A stretch of 64,000 nucleotides of DNA from Callorhinchus milii (Eukaryota): positions 4,340,001 to 4,404,000 of the forward strand of contig NW_024704768.1 of NCBI RefSeq assembly GCF_018977255.1, read 5' to 3'. The stretch's first letter is position 1, and every line of letters begins with the position of its first letter. Under the pieces are notes generated by a model. The model did no database searches and had not been told where the DNA came from. It saw nothing but the letters and a program-made list of their open reading frames with translations. Below are positions 38,279 to 60,927 of this stretch, one piece after another. The translations under genes and the position numbers were made by a program.

Positions 38279-41200
38279 ATGCAGAGATCTCCTCGGAAGA
38301 TTCAGTTCACGGATCCCATCCTCCCGTGTGAGCTGGACCCGCGAGCAGCGGAACAGGTAAGCACGAAACATCTCCCCGCACCCCCACCCCCAGCCCACCC
38401 CACCCCACCCACCCAAACCCCCCCCCACCACCCACCACCCACCACCCACCCAACTGGCACCTCGTACAGTTTACACTTGATATTAATATTAATGATGATC
38501 CCGGCATTCGATACAGCGCCTTTCAGCCTCGTCGAGACGTCTCAAAGGTCTTCACAGGTTTCCCACCGTCGAGTCGGTCTTTATGGGCGAAACGCGGCAG
38601 TCAATGGCACCCCCACCCCCACCCCCCCCCCACCCCTCTCCCTCGAGTCACGGATTCAGTGAAGGATTTTCTCCTGGAGGGGCGCAGGGTGGGTGGGGGG
38701 GGGACGGGGGACGGGGGTGGTATTGCTGCAGGAAGATCGTTAACGTTCGCCTGGACGGGATATTGATTACAGTGCTTCGATATGGCAGTAATAATAATAC
38801 TCCTGGCATTGGATACTCCTGGCCCTTATCCCGTCGTCGCGACGTCTCAAAGCGCTTCACGGAAGACAACGGGTCAAGCGGAGTGACCCTGCGTGTTTTG
38901 TGGGCGAAACGCGGCAGCCGATTGCGCCCAGCGACGTCCCCACGAACGGCCGTGGATTGAGTGACCACATTTTTTTGGTGGAGTTATTACCCGCGATCGA
39001 CTAACAACCGGGTTCCTACTTACTGCTGGTAAACAGAGGCGCGCGCGCGTGCGTGTGTGTCTGTGCGTGTGTCTGTGTGTGCGTGTGTGTGTGTGTGTGT
39101 GTCTGTGCCTGTGCGGAATCGAACCCGCTCCGCTCCGGCTCGCGAGCGCTTAAAGCTACGGGATCTAAGCCGCTTAAGCTGTAAACACGTCCCCTGCGTT
39201 CCTTTGCGACGCCTTATTCCCGTTGAGAGGACGTCTCAAAACTCTCCGCAGGAACTCTCTGTCTCGTCGCAGTTAAAAACAATGTGGTCACTTCGATCCG
39301 CGACCGTCGTTTGTGGGGGGGGTTTCGCGGCGGGTGGGGGTGGGGGGTTGGGGGGGGTGGGGGGACGTCGCTGGGCGCAATTTTTGTCTGCCGCGTTTCG
39401 CCCACAAAACAACGCAGGGCCACTACGCTTCGCGGCGTGTCCCGCGAAGCGCTTTGAGACGTCTCGACGGCGTCACGCGCCGGGATTATTGTTATAATCA
39501 TCTCCCCTTTTAACAGACAGCGACACACACGCGCGCGCACACACACACACGCACACACACACACACACACGCACACGCACACGTGCACATTCTGGGCAAG
39601 CGCAGGGCGTGTGACATTGCGTTGTGTAAAGAAATGTTTTCGGAGGAGATAGCCTGACGCTGACCTCACTGAGAGCTGTTACGGGTTTCCTGCAAACTTC
39701 TCTATTTTTTTTCTTTTTAACCGTTTCAGCAACGTTTGAACGGCCGGACCGCAGAGCGCGGGCCGCCCCGACCTTCAAAAGCCCTCCACGTCCGCCGGCG
39801 GGCGGTCGCGCTTTCGGCCGCTTACGCCCTGAAACTTTCTCCCTCGATCCCCTTCCCTCCCCCTCGCGCCCCCCCCCCCCCACTTTCCTTCCTTGCCCAC
39901 CTTCAGGTCGTGCGCCTGAGAACCTTCCTCTTCGACCTACGGTTCCCTACGGTCACCCCCACCCCTCGCACCGCCCCCCCCCCCCCTTCCCAAAACTCCA
40001 CCACTGGCAAATGCTCTGGGACACCGCTCTGCTTAAAAATGCAACTTGTTGTCGCTGCTGCTCCGGAGAAGGGACTGACTCGAGATCTCTCTCTCTCTCT
40101 CTCTCTCCGTCTCTCCGTTCTCTTTAAGATCAGAAAGCGTCGTCCGACTCCCGCCATCCACATGATCTCGAAGGACCACTTCTCAGAAGGTTCGTCCCCT
40201 TACGGCACGTCCTCAGTTGGGACCATTGGTCGCATCCCAGACCCGTCCCCGACTCTTTCTTTTTGGGGGGGGGGGGTGGGAGTGATTAATCAATCAAGGG
40301 TTGAAAATCCACTGTTCCTCCTCCTCCTGAGATTTACCCAAACGAGAGCTAAGGTTAAAGCCAAAAGGTGAAAGAATAATTAACTTTGATGAATTCCGCT
40401 CTCCCAATAAAACATTTAAACAAACAGCGCTTCTGCAAATCACATTCACACAGGAATGTGTGAGACCTCAAAGGATCCTTCCTGTGTGGCCAGAATCATT
40501 TTCTTACCACGTCCGCGCTTACTGTCTATCCTTATTATTATTATTATTAATTATTATTGTGTTATACAACGCGATGAGGTCCCCCCCCCCCACCGCGCCC
40601 CACCGGTAGGTGGTGAGAGCTTTGAGCTCTCGATACCAAAGTTATTCACCATTTATTCTGTCTTTTTCTTCCAGAGTTGGGTGAAGAGGTGCCAAGCTCT
40701 CAGGTAACGGTGGGTCCGTTCATCTCCACCTGCAGGCGGTCAACTTGGCTCTGATGCCAACCTAACAGTGATGATAATCCCGGCATTTGACCCCCGGCGC
40801 CTGATCGCGTCTCAAAGCGCTTCACAGACTATGCTGTCAAGTGCAGTGACTGTGTGTTTTGTGGGCGAAACGCGGCAGTCAAACAGTCGTGGGGTTTGAG
40901 TAACCAAATTATTATTGTGACTGGAATAGGGTTGCCACTATATGTGTGCGCTGTATATACCTGTGTGTGTGTAACTGTGTGTGTGTACCTGTGTGTGTGT
41001 ACCTGTGCATATGTTGTGTGTGTATCTATGTGTGTGTACCTGTGCGTACGAACCTGTGTGTGTGTTACTTACTGCTGGGTGTGTGTATGTGTGTATATAC
41101 CTGTGTGTGTGTATACCTGTGTGTGTGTGCACCTGTGTGTGTGTAGTAACTGCTGGTAAACAGAGAGATGTGTGTGTGTGTGTATATACCTATGTGTGTA

Positions 41201-42995
41201 TACCTGTGTGTGTGTACCTGTGTGTGTGTGTGCACCTGTGTGTGTGTAGTAACTGCTGGTAAACAGAGAGATGTGTGTGTGTGTGTGTGGAATAAGCAGT
41301 TGCCTGAGGTTTTTCTCCTCTCCTGTTTTCCTACGTTCCTAAACTTGTGTGATTTTCTTCCAGTGCGGCTCAGCGACCTCTCCCAAACACAACGACAGAA
41401 GCCATCGCAAAGCCTTGCAAGGTAACAAATAATAATAATAATCCTCGCATTAAAGCGCTTTACAGGACATACCGTAAAGTGGAGTGACTGTGTTTTTGCG
41501 AGCAAAACAAGAAGGCAGCCCCGTCTCCCCCCCCCCCCCCACCACCAGCCCCTCCTTCCTGACAACCCTGTCGTTAATTACCCCCCTGGGTAAAGAAACA
41601 CTTCCTGGGGTCTGCCCTCAAATTGCCCCCTTTGCACCCCTGACCCGGTGTCCTCGGGCTCTGCCGTCTCAGTGCATACGGTAGTGTTCTGGAGCCCTGA
41701 GATCCGATGGGCCGAAGGGAGTTCTTCGCTCAAGCCAACCTTGAGAGGGCGCCGTCGGCCAAGTCAAAGACCGCCACCAAGTGGTGGAAAGTCGTTCCTA
41801 CGGGATGTCGACGACAACAACTTGCATTTTACACAGCGTCTCTGAGCGCTTAAACGGCGCCGGAGCCTGGAGTCTAACCAGCTAAACCCACACATAGCTC
41901 GGCCATTGAGAGAGAGAGGGAGAGGGAGAGGGAGGGAAGGAGGGCTGTCTGGCCAAGCTTTCCTCGAGAGAGAGAGAGAGAGAGACTGTCGCGGGGTGGG
42001 GGCTTGATTCCAATGACACTCAGTTGGGGGCGAAGTTGGAGGGTTATTCAGTGTCATTGGTTTTCTTTGATGTTCCTTTGCAGGAACAGAAGAGGGGAGA
42101 TTTGAGGAGTCCGGTGACGATGAAGAGGAACCCCCAAACATAGGCCACAAACAAGGTCCAGATCAACAGCCGGACTCGTCGACCACTCCAGGGGGCATTA
42201 CCCCACAGGCAACAGGCGAGTAAATGCACTGAACCTCTGACAACTCATCTTGCAAGAGGAAAGGGGGCTCCACGATGAGTTCTCAGGAGTGACGGGTTGG
42301 GCCGATGTTGATCATTACGATCATAATCCTCGCGTCTGAGACGTCTCAGAGCGCTTCACAGGATATACTGTCACGTGTAGTGACTGTGCGTTCTGTGGGC
42401 GAAACCCGGCAGCCAATCAATCGCGCCCAGCGGGGTCCCCCCCACAAACAGTCATGTCTCGAGCAACCAAATTATTATTATTTTTATAGGGGATTGTTAC
42501 CCCCGAAAAACCATCAATGAATCGACTAACAACCGGGTTCCTACTGACTGCTGATAACCAGGCGTGTGTGCGTGTGCGTGTGCGTGTGTGTATCTGTGTG
42601 TGTGTGTGTGTGCATCGAGTAAGGAAACTTGCCGAAGGTTTCTCCCTGTCCTGTCCTGTCCCGCCCGGGAAGCGAACCCCGGGTCCTCGCGCTCGCGAGG
42701 GGCTCTGACCCCTGAGCAACAGAGACACCAGAATTACCCTCTGGGTAAAGAAACACCTCCTGGCGCCTGTCCTGAAATTTTGCCCCCTTTTGCGACTCGA
42801 AACCCCGTGTCCTGCGTGGGGGGGGGGGGGGGGGGGCGCGCTGTGCAAATGCAAGTTGTTGTTGTTGTTGTTGTCTCACTCGGGGTCTGAAAGTATTGAT
42901 TGGGTTTTCCTTATTCAATCGTTATCTGCTCTGAGCTCCGGACTGTCTCTCTCTCCCCGACAGGAGGGGAAGAGCCCAAATGTACTGAGTTCTAG
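38279..42995 (+). CDS. PPP1R1A: Protein phosphatase 1 inhibitor-1; 3' end uncertain
   Basis: Exons 38279-38356 (MQRSPRKIQFTDPILPCELDPRAAEQ), 40129-40189 (IRKRRPTPA, PKA site), 40675-40703, 41364-41421 (TSPK), 42084-42215, and probable last exon 42964-42995. KIQF PP1-docking motif is intact. CCAAT at 38158 and ETS at 38182 upstream; AATAAA at 43644. Confidence 0.85.
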
Positions 42996-44330
42996 GTTCC
43001 AGGCATTGGATCGAGGGCGGAGTGACGGAGTGGGGGGGTGGGGGGGGGAGTCACATCGAAGACACAACGTTGGGGGTCCCCACTTGTTCACGAAGGGAAC
43101 GAACCGAACCGAAAACGAACCGAACCGAACGCACTCACCGACTGTGACGCATCCGGGAACACATTGCACTCGCACACATTCTCACGCTCACGCTCACGCT
43201 CACGCGCGCACTCGCACTCGCACTCATCAGTATGCGCCTTATCTCGTCTTCGACACGTCTCAAAGCGCGTCACGGAATAGACTGTAAAGGTCGACCGGCG
43301 GTATATTTTGCGGGCGAAACGCGCGCGCGCGCACGGACACGCACACGCTCTCGCTCGCATTCTCATACACACACACACGCACACGCATACTCGCACCCTC
43401 ACANNNNNNNNNNNNNNNNNNNNNNNNNNNNNNNNNNNNNNNNNNNNNNNNNNNNNNNNNNNNNNNNNNNNNNNNNNNNNNNNNNNNNNNNNNNNNNNNN
43501 NNNNNNNNNNNNNNNNNNNNNNNNNNNNNNNNNNNNNNNNNNNNNNNNNNTAACACACCTTTCATACAGGTGTAGTTCACTCTACATGAACTGACATTTA
43601 TTGACGATAAGAACTGTACAACAACAACAATAATATTAATAACAATAAAAATCAATAATCTTTTTCCTTTGATTCAGCGAATTTCACATTTATTTTTGGT
43701 CTCCGAACCCATCTGGAACTACACTTCCTATCGCCCCCACCAGGCGCCGGTGATGACTCCCCCCCGTTGAGCAGAGGCACTCGCGCGAACTATAGGAACA
43801 GGAGGAGGCCATTCAGCCCCTCGAGCTTGTTCCGAGCATTCTATCGGATCTGCACCGCAATGCCAATTGCCCGCCTTTGCCCCGTATCCCCTCGATCCCC
43901 CCCGACCTGACCCGACAAACATCAAACAGAATAATTATTATTATTATTACTATTATTATTATTACGATTACTCCGCGAAGCGGAGTGACTGTGTGTTTTG
44001 CGGGGGGTGGGTGGGCAATCACACACATCGAACCACCCGCCCCCCAAACCCCCCCCAACAAACAAACAGTCACGGATTGAGTGACCGAATTATTTAGCGA
44101 TGCCATTGTTTCTGGAGGGGGTTGTGTGAGCGCGAATGACCTGCGGAAAAAAAAATGCCCGTCCACACGCTGCTGCCGCCGCCGCCGCCGCTCAGGTCCT
44201 CGGACCGTTCAACCCGCACCGTCTTTTTCTGTCTCGCTGAGCAATTATCTTGGCTTGTCAGCCCCGAAACAGCGACTCTCAATAAAACATCAGTCGCGGG
44301 CCTTTGCGAAGGGCACGCGAGAGAGAAAGG

Positions 44331-44361
<31 letters not shown>

Positions 44362-45319
44362 AGAGTGGCGTTACATTTCGGTGGTTAAAAAGCCTCATGA
44401 AATATTGACGGCTGTTGAATAAGTCCGGAATAATCTACTCAGCGAAAAGCGTTCGGGCAGAACGGGAACTCCTTCGAGGTTTCCAAACGCGGAGCAAAGT
44501 ACGGCCGGGGAGACGGCCCGAGCATTGGGTTTTCCCGGTGCGAGGGGACCAGGACAGTGTAACCGTCCCGCGCGAGCCCCTTCGGTGTCAGGAGGACGTC
44601 TCCGAGCGCTTCACGGGAGCTTTCACGTCAAGCGTAGTGACCGTGTGCTTCTGCAGGCGAAATGCGGCAGCCGTCTTTGCCCGAAAACAGCCGCGAATGA
44701 GGCGCAGGATGGGTTTTTATTGAGGGGGCTGTCGGCCGGGGCAAACCAAATCGCCGCAAAATACGCCCGGAAAATACGCAGCTTTGTGATTCACCCACAA
44801 AATACGCGGCCACTACACTGTACGGCGGATCCTGTGAAGCGCTTTGAGACGTCTCGAACACCTGATGAGGCTCTGTATCAACTGCAAGGATTATTATTAT
44901 TATTACTGCTGATTCAACTGCGAAAGCAGTGAATAATAATGATATTATTATTGTGTATCGTACAATATAAGATATTATTGTCAATAATAATATTGCATTT
45001 GACGCAGCGCCTGATCACGTCTTCGAGACGTCTCAAAGCGCTTCACAGGACATACCGTAAAGCGAATGGACTGCGTAATTTGAATCTCTAACAGAGTCTC
45101 TCTCCCTCTCTCTCTCTTCTTCTCGCTCTGTGTCAGAGAATTATTAATTATTTAGTGAACGATCTTACCAGGATGCACAGTCGAGAGCAAAGACTCCCAC
45201 AAGGACTTCAGGAGTAACATAGTGGAAGGAAACGATGTGTAACAACAACACGTCAACTGGAATGGGAGGAGGGATCAGCTCTCCGTCGAATATATTAGCT
45301 ATTTTTGTCCGGTCTGATG

Positions 45320-45775
45320 ATGATCCTCGCGTTCGACACAGCGCCCGATCACGTCGTCGAGACGTCTCAAAGGCGCTTCGCGGGCGACGCTGCGAAGTGC
45401 AGTGACGGTATTTGTTTTGTGGGCCGAACGCGGCAGACGATCGGGCGCAGCGGCGTCAACACGAACAGCCGTGGATCGAGCGACCGAATGATTATTAATA
45501 ANTTTTTTATTGTTTTTTGATTCTGGAAGGGATTATCACCCCCCGGAAAGCCATCCGCCAATCGGCTAACAAGCGGGTTCCTACTTACTGCCGGGTAAAC
45601 AGGGGCGCGCGCGCGCGTGTGTGTGTGTGTGTGTGCGGTGGGGGATAGGGGTGGGGGGGGGTGTAAGGAAATTTGCTTAAGGTTTCCCCCTGTCCTGACC
45701 CGCCCGGGAATCGAACCCTGGTCCTCTCGCTTGCGAGGCGGGAGGGCTCCAACCCCTGAGCTACGGGGGGACTCC
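45320..45775 (-). mobile_element. SINE copy
   Basis: Near full-length reverse copy of the same family. Confidence 0.8.
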
Positions 45776-47293
45776 AATCACCATGGACGTGCGGGAAGAA
45801 ATGATGGGAGTCCTTTCGAACATCATTGCTGTACTCTGTGATCCCAATTCCCCGCTCTCTCGCTCTCGCTCTCTCTCTCGCTCTCTCTCTCGCTCTCTCT
45901 CTCTCGCTCGCTCTCGCTCTCTCGCTCTCTCTCTCTCTCTTCCTAAACCCTTTTATTCTGTCCCTCTTGAAATATTTATCCTGCTCTCTGCTAAATGTTG
46001 AATGCCTCCTTCGCCTACAGATTTTCCCACTCCAATCATCTTCTGCGTCAAAAGTCCTCCTATGATATTCCCTCCCTCCCTCCCTCCCTCCCTCCCCTCC
46101 CCATTAAATTTCCCAGTACATTTCCTGAGCTTAAGACGCCCCCCACCCCCACCCCCCACTCGTCGACCTCAGGGTTTCCTCCTGCCCACCCTCACATACC
46201 CACCCCACCCCTCTCTCTCTCTCTCTCTCTATACCACTGCTGGGTAAACAGACGCGTGTGTGTGTGTGTGTGTGTGTGTGGACGCTATGTAAACAAGTTG
46301 TTGTTGTCGTTGTTGAAGAAGGACCGTTCCTTGAAGGTTGGCTGGAACAGGTGAATCCATGGACTATTCCCCCCCCACCCCCCCACCCCCCAACCCACCC
46401 CCGGCTCCTCATTGAAAACCACACTGGCTCATGTTCCGTGGTCTTCCCTGGGCGGAGAATCTGGAACACGCTTTATCTATAACATACTAACATGGCAGAC
46501 AGCATGTGTGGGGGGGGGGGGGGGGGGGTGGGGGGTGAGTGTGTGTGTGTGGGCTGTCACACTATATGTGTGAGATGGACAGACAGAAAGACAGACTGAC
46601 GCACATCGACAAGATTCTTCTAAGCACATCACAGAAAGAAGCTCCTTTTGAATTAAATTAAATGAAATTCAAACCAAAATGGAAAGGCTCCTGAATTACA
46701 AGGGGGGGGGGGGGGTTGTTGGCCAATCAATAATCAATAATTACAATAATTAATAATAATTCCTCGCGTTCGATAATAATCCAGCGTCTTATCGCATTCT
46801 TCGAGACGTCTCACAGCGCTTCGCAGGAATACGCCGCAGAGTGGATTGACCGAGTGTATCTTTGGGGGCCAAATGCGGCGGCCGATTGCCACCAGCGACG
46901 TCCCCAAATACAGGCGTGGGTTGAAGTGACCAAATTGTTAGTATTTATTTTTTTTCGAAGGGGTTATTGCCCCCGGAAAAGCGATCCTCCGATCGATATC
47001 GGGAGATGCTCAGGACAAGGATCACGACAGTTTGCCCCAACGGAGGGGACAGTCCAAGCTTGGAGCTCCCATGAAGAATCCATCCATCTTAACCCCTCTC
47101 AATCAAGCCCAGCTCTCTCTCTTCTCTCTCCCATGACACCCCCCCCCACCACTCCACCGCCACCTCACCTTCGCACTCCCCACTTCTCCCCTCCCCCCCC
47201 ACCCCAAAAAAACACTCCCCATCCAGTTTCAGATCTCCGCAAACCTGGTTGAAAAAAAAATACGGGTCTCAATAGGTTTGGTTTGAAATGAAT

Positions 47294-48313
47294 GTTTATT
47301 GAACACTCGGAATCAGAACAGTCCTGTCTGGGTGCGTGGTTTCTTTTTGGGGGGGGGGAAGGGGGGAGCGCAGTGGGTTGGAGGGGAAGAGACAGACATA
47401 TGATGAACCCTTCCCTTCTCTTCCTCCTCCATCGACAAGGAACCATCGTGTAACCCACGACCCATTACATTAATATCAATAATAATCCTCGCATTCGACC
47501 CGGCGCCCGATCACGTCTTCGAGACGTCTCAAAGCGCTTCACGGGACACACTGTAAAGTGCAGCGACTGTGTGTTTTGTGGGGAGAAACGCGGCAGCCGA
47601 TCGCGCCCGGCGACGTCCCCCACAAACAGCCGTGGGTTGAGCGACCAAATTGTTCGTGAAATTTTTTTGGGACGGTTTATTACCCCCGGAAAAGCGATCC
47701 ACCAATCGACTAACAACCGGGTTCCTACTGACTGTTGGTGAACAGAGTCGCGTGTGTGTGTGTGTGTGTGTGTGTGGAGTAAGGAAACTCGCCTAAGGTT
47801 TCGCCCCGACCTGTCCTGCCCAGGAATCGAACCCGGGTCCCTCCGGCTCGCGAGGCGAGGCGAGGCGAGGGGGTCTAACCCCTACACTACAGGGACTGCA
47901 CAGTGTCTTCTAACTTTTCTTTAAAAAAACACATCAAGTTAACGCGTCGCGCGGGTGTCCGAGAGGGAAAGAAAGAAAAAATAGAGGGTGCAGGTGGGAA
48001 TATATATCATATTATTATATTATATATATATATATATATCGTGTGGCTAAATCAGCTTTAATGCCATTCTATTTAACTTCGTAACCGTTATTTTTATGTG
48101 ATATTTACAAAGAAAAATGCACGCCCGTAAAATAAAGTGCTATATTACAGTATTTATAAGGACTTCTCTGAAAAATCCCAACCACATCGTGTCGAGCAAA
48201 GGGTCTCTCCTGGAGCTCTTCCACAACATAACCTGTACATATCAATATGATTTTTTTTTATTATTTTTTTTACACACGCGCACACACACATATATCGATT
48301 GCAGATAAGATAC

Positions 48314-48347
<34 letters not shown>

Positions 48348-51193
48348 AACTCGCAAGGAATTGGCTCCTTGTATTTCTGTTCAGTTTTGTGCCGTGACAA
48401 CAATTATAGAATTGAGAAAACTGGAATGAAGGCATGCGTTCTGGTCACTGGCGTCACCGCGTAGCAATTAATTATGGTTTTTATGTCCCGTTTTCTTCTG
48501 TCGTCGTCGTCGTTTTTTTTTCAATTTCTCTTTTTTTTGTTGTTTTTTTTTTGAGGGGCGGGGAGGGAGGGAGGGAGAGAGGGAGAGAGAGTGGAAGGGA
48601 GAAGAGAAGGCGGAGGAGGGATTTGGTTAATTTTCTAGGTATATATATATATAAAAAGAGAGAGTGTGAGAGAGAGAAGGGACAGAATACGCGTCTTATT
48701 TTCGAGAAGGAGGAGAGGGAGAGATAGAGAGAGAGAGTGTGAAAGTGAGATAAAAGAGAAGTAAAACACATTCCCGGTGACTACAGTTGAATAGAGAAAC
48801 GTGCATCAAAATGCCGATCTGCGAACCATTAACTCAGTGAGGAAAGTGATCGATTAATTTTTTTTTGGAGGGCGGGAGAGAGGAGGAGAGGAAGGGGGGG
48901 GGGGGAGAAGGGTTGGGGGAGAAGGCGAGAGAGAGGGACGGAGAGGGGGAAATTAAAAGAAAAACCGTAAACTGCATCGAAAAATCTATAACAAGCGATA
49001 ATATAGATAGGAACAGCTTCGGAGAGGAAATCAGTGTAATCCTTTCAGGTGAAATGATGGGTCAGAGAAACCGTGAATGAGACGCACAGACACACACACA
49101 CACAGAGGATATTCCTTACCTCCGCAGGCGCACACACGTGTCTTACCCCCTGGTAACATGGGATTAAAAAGCATGTTAAATGTCCCCGGGGTGGGGGGGG
49201 GGGGGGGGAGAGAGAGAGAGAGAGAAAGGGGAAAAAAAAATCTAGAGAGAGAGAGTGACAGAGAGAGAGAGACAGAGAGAGAGACAGAGAGAGTGATAGA
49301 GAGAGAGGAGGGTGTAGGGGCTGGGGGGGGGGGGGGGGGTAGGGGTATGGGGGTGGGGGAGAGATAGAGAGAGAGAGTTTGGTGCCTTGAATTCTTTTCA
49401 CAGCCAAACTTCAGCAATACAACAAATGCTATTCTTGTCGTTTTATTTGTTTTTTGTGTCCCCTTTTCAAGAAATACAGAGCATCAATTTAATTTAATGT
49501 GAAACAGTGATCAGTTATGGTTAAGAACAGTAGCTATTAAATAGACACATGAAAACCCCCCTCGACCTGCCCTCCCACCCCAAAANNNNNNNNNNNNNNN
49601 NNNNNNNNNNNNNNNNNNNNNNNNNNNNNNNNNNNNNNNNNNNNNNNNNNNNNNNNNNNNNNNNNNNNNNNNNNNNNNNNNNNNNNNNNNNNNNNNNNNN
49701 NNNNNNNNNNNNNNNNNNNNNTTCTCTCTGTCGGATGGCTTTTGGGTTTGGGTTTCTCTTTTTTTTTTAAATCGTCTCGCGTGTGCGCGTGCGGGGGCGC
49801 GGCGGGCGGGCGGGCGGGCGGGGGCGTGCGTGTGTGCGTGTGTGCGGGGGGTGTGGGTGCGCGGGAGGGGGGATGGGGGGGGGGGGTGGGTGGGTGGCGG
49901 CGGGGTGTTTTTTTTTGTTTGTTTCGTTCCTTCGGTTCGTTTTGCTGCGTCGTTTTTTTTTCCCTCTCCCCCCCCCACACCTTTCGTCTTGTCGTTCAAA
50001 GAGTTTATAAATATTAAGTCAAGTGTGAGGACGCGGTACGATCCCCCCCCTCCCCTCCCCCCCCCCTCCCCACCCCCCCAAAGTTTATAGTGTATGACCA
50101 CAGCGAAAAAAAAAGTCTCAGGCATCCAGACCCCTCGCTGTCTGTGGACAAGATATCTGTGTTTGTGTTCTATGACTGTCCATGCATGATATCTGATTAC
50201 ACATGCTCTCATGCAAATCATTTTTTTTTCTATGTATTGAACAAGCACACCTTTTTTTTTTGGAAATTGGCTTGAGCAGAACCCCCCCCCCCCACCACCC
50301 CACCCCCCCGAACCCCTTACCCCCACCCCCCACCCACCCACCACCCACCCACCACCTCTTTGCCTCCCCCTCAGCCCGGAAAGGAAAACAGAAATCAACT
50401 TATCTCCCTCCCTCCCTCCCTCCCTCCCCCTTAAAACCCCTCGAACGTAAAACCTATGTAGAAAAATATGCAGTTTCTAACAAAGAAAACCGTGAGTCGT
50501 AGAAAGAATGACTTTGGGCCGACCGCCCCCTACGATCAAAGGTTGTTGTTAAGACTGAGAAATGGTTACGATGCAGTCTTGCCTTTCGAGTCTGCAAACG
50601 GTCAAATGGACCCTTTTTTTTAGTCTGAGAGAGCGCGAGAGCGAGAGCGAGAGAGAGAGAGAGAGAGCGAGAGAGAACGAGCCAGCGAGCGAGCGGGCGA
50701 GAGAGAGAGCGAGAGCGAGAGAGAGAGAGAGAGCGAGCCAGCGAGCGAAAGAGAGCGAGAGAGAGAGAAAGGAAGAAAGAAAGAAAGAAAAATGAGAAAA
50801 ATAAAAGTGTCTGTCTGACCCCCCTTTAGTAATGCACTGATTCAAAGCAATGTATCATTTATCCTCTGGTAGTCAATATATATATATGCAGTATCAATCT
50901 GTGTTCAAGTGTTTCTGAATTCCCATTGTTTTTCTGCACAGGGTCCCCAGTCTCCTGCTGTAAAGGGTAAGTCACGGCCAACGGGGCGTCAATTGGATAT
51001 TTGTAAAGCAGGTTATGGTTTGTATAAGATCTCTATAAGAAGAGTTTCTCCTTGCTCTAGAAATTTTGGGGAAAATCTCTTGTGTTTTTTTTTGTTTTGT
51101 TTTGTTTTTTTGTGTCTCAATTGATATATATCTTTATATATATATATATTTCAAGTCTGTAAACAACATTTTGCTCGCGAAATGGAAACGTTT
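47294..51193 (-). other. Probable long scn8a 3' UTR
   Basis: Largely retroposon-free, AT-rich blocks from about 47900 to 51193. AATAAA on minus near 47295-47300. miR-30 8-mer at 51158-51165 and Pumilio element at 48102-48109. The true 3' end is not determined. Confidence 0.5.
47475..47900 (-). mobile_element. SINE, full-length copy
   Basis: All modules present, in reverse orientation. Confidence 0.85.
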
Positions 51194-59977
<8,784 letters not shown>

Positions 59978-60422
59978 CTATACGGAAACAAAAAAACAAG
60001 CAGAGTTTCCAACAACGGTTAGAAAAAAAGGCCCTATTTTTTTTATTAAAACCGATGAAAGCCAAAGTTGGATCCCAAAAGGGGCGAAGGAGGGACTTGA
60101 GTTCACCTCCGTACTCCCTTCTCCCCCTTTGGCTTGTGGTGACATTCGCAAGTGACCTAGAGGAGGAAATGCATGGTTGAAAAAAGTAGAGAGGCAATAA
60201 GAATATAATATAATAGTAAAAATAAAAAAAACAAATTAAAAAAGGAAACAAGATTGAAAGAAGGAAGAAAAGGGTCACAGACACACAGACACACTATTAA
60301 AAAGTTGGGTTGTGGGGTTGGGGTCAGGGGGGGGGGTTGAGATTTGGGAGTTGGGTTTGGGTTAGAGGGTTTAGGAAACCTGTTGGAAAAAAAAACCACA
60401 CATTGATCAGCGCAAACCTTAC

Positions 60423-60500
60423 CCTTTACTGTGTGAGGATCCGATCGACGTGAGGGAGAGAGAAAAAGCCCAGAAAATTAAGCCATACATACATAGGTAC
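60423..60500 (-). other. SCN8A: scn8a alternative poison exon 18N (78 nt, in-frame TAA)
   Basis: Acceptor TTTTTTGTAG|GTACCT and donor AGG|GTAAGG. Reads VPMYVWLNFLGFFSLPHVDRILTQ*. Lies upstream of 18A, as mammalian 18N does. Confidence 0.8.
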
Positions 60501-60893
60501 CTACAAAAAAGAATACAAGTAAATCTGTGCTGTGTATCAGACTCGACCTCGGGAGGAAGAGCGTCAAGAGGAGTCACTAGCTTCCAGTCTGCAAGCTTTC
60601 TAAGTCAATATTATTATTAATAATAATCATAATAATCCTTGCATTTGATACAGCCCCTTATCACGTCTTCGAAACATCTCAAAGCGCCTCACAGGACATA
60701 CTGTAAAGCGAATCGACTGTGTACTTTGTGGGCGAAACGCGGCAGCCAATTAATTGTGCGCAGTCGTGGATTGAGTGACCAACTTATTTATTTGCTGATT
60801 CATCTAATTTTTGGAGGGATTATTTACCCCCGGAAAGCGATCCGCCCATCGACTAACAACCTACTGCTGCTGGGTAAACAGAGACGTGCGCGC

Positions 60894-60927
<34 letters not shown>

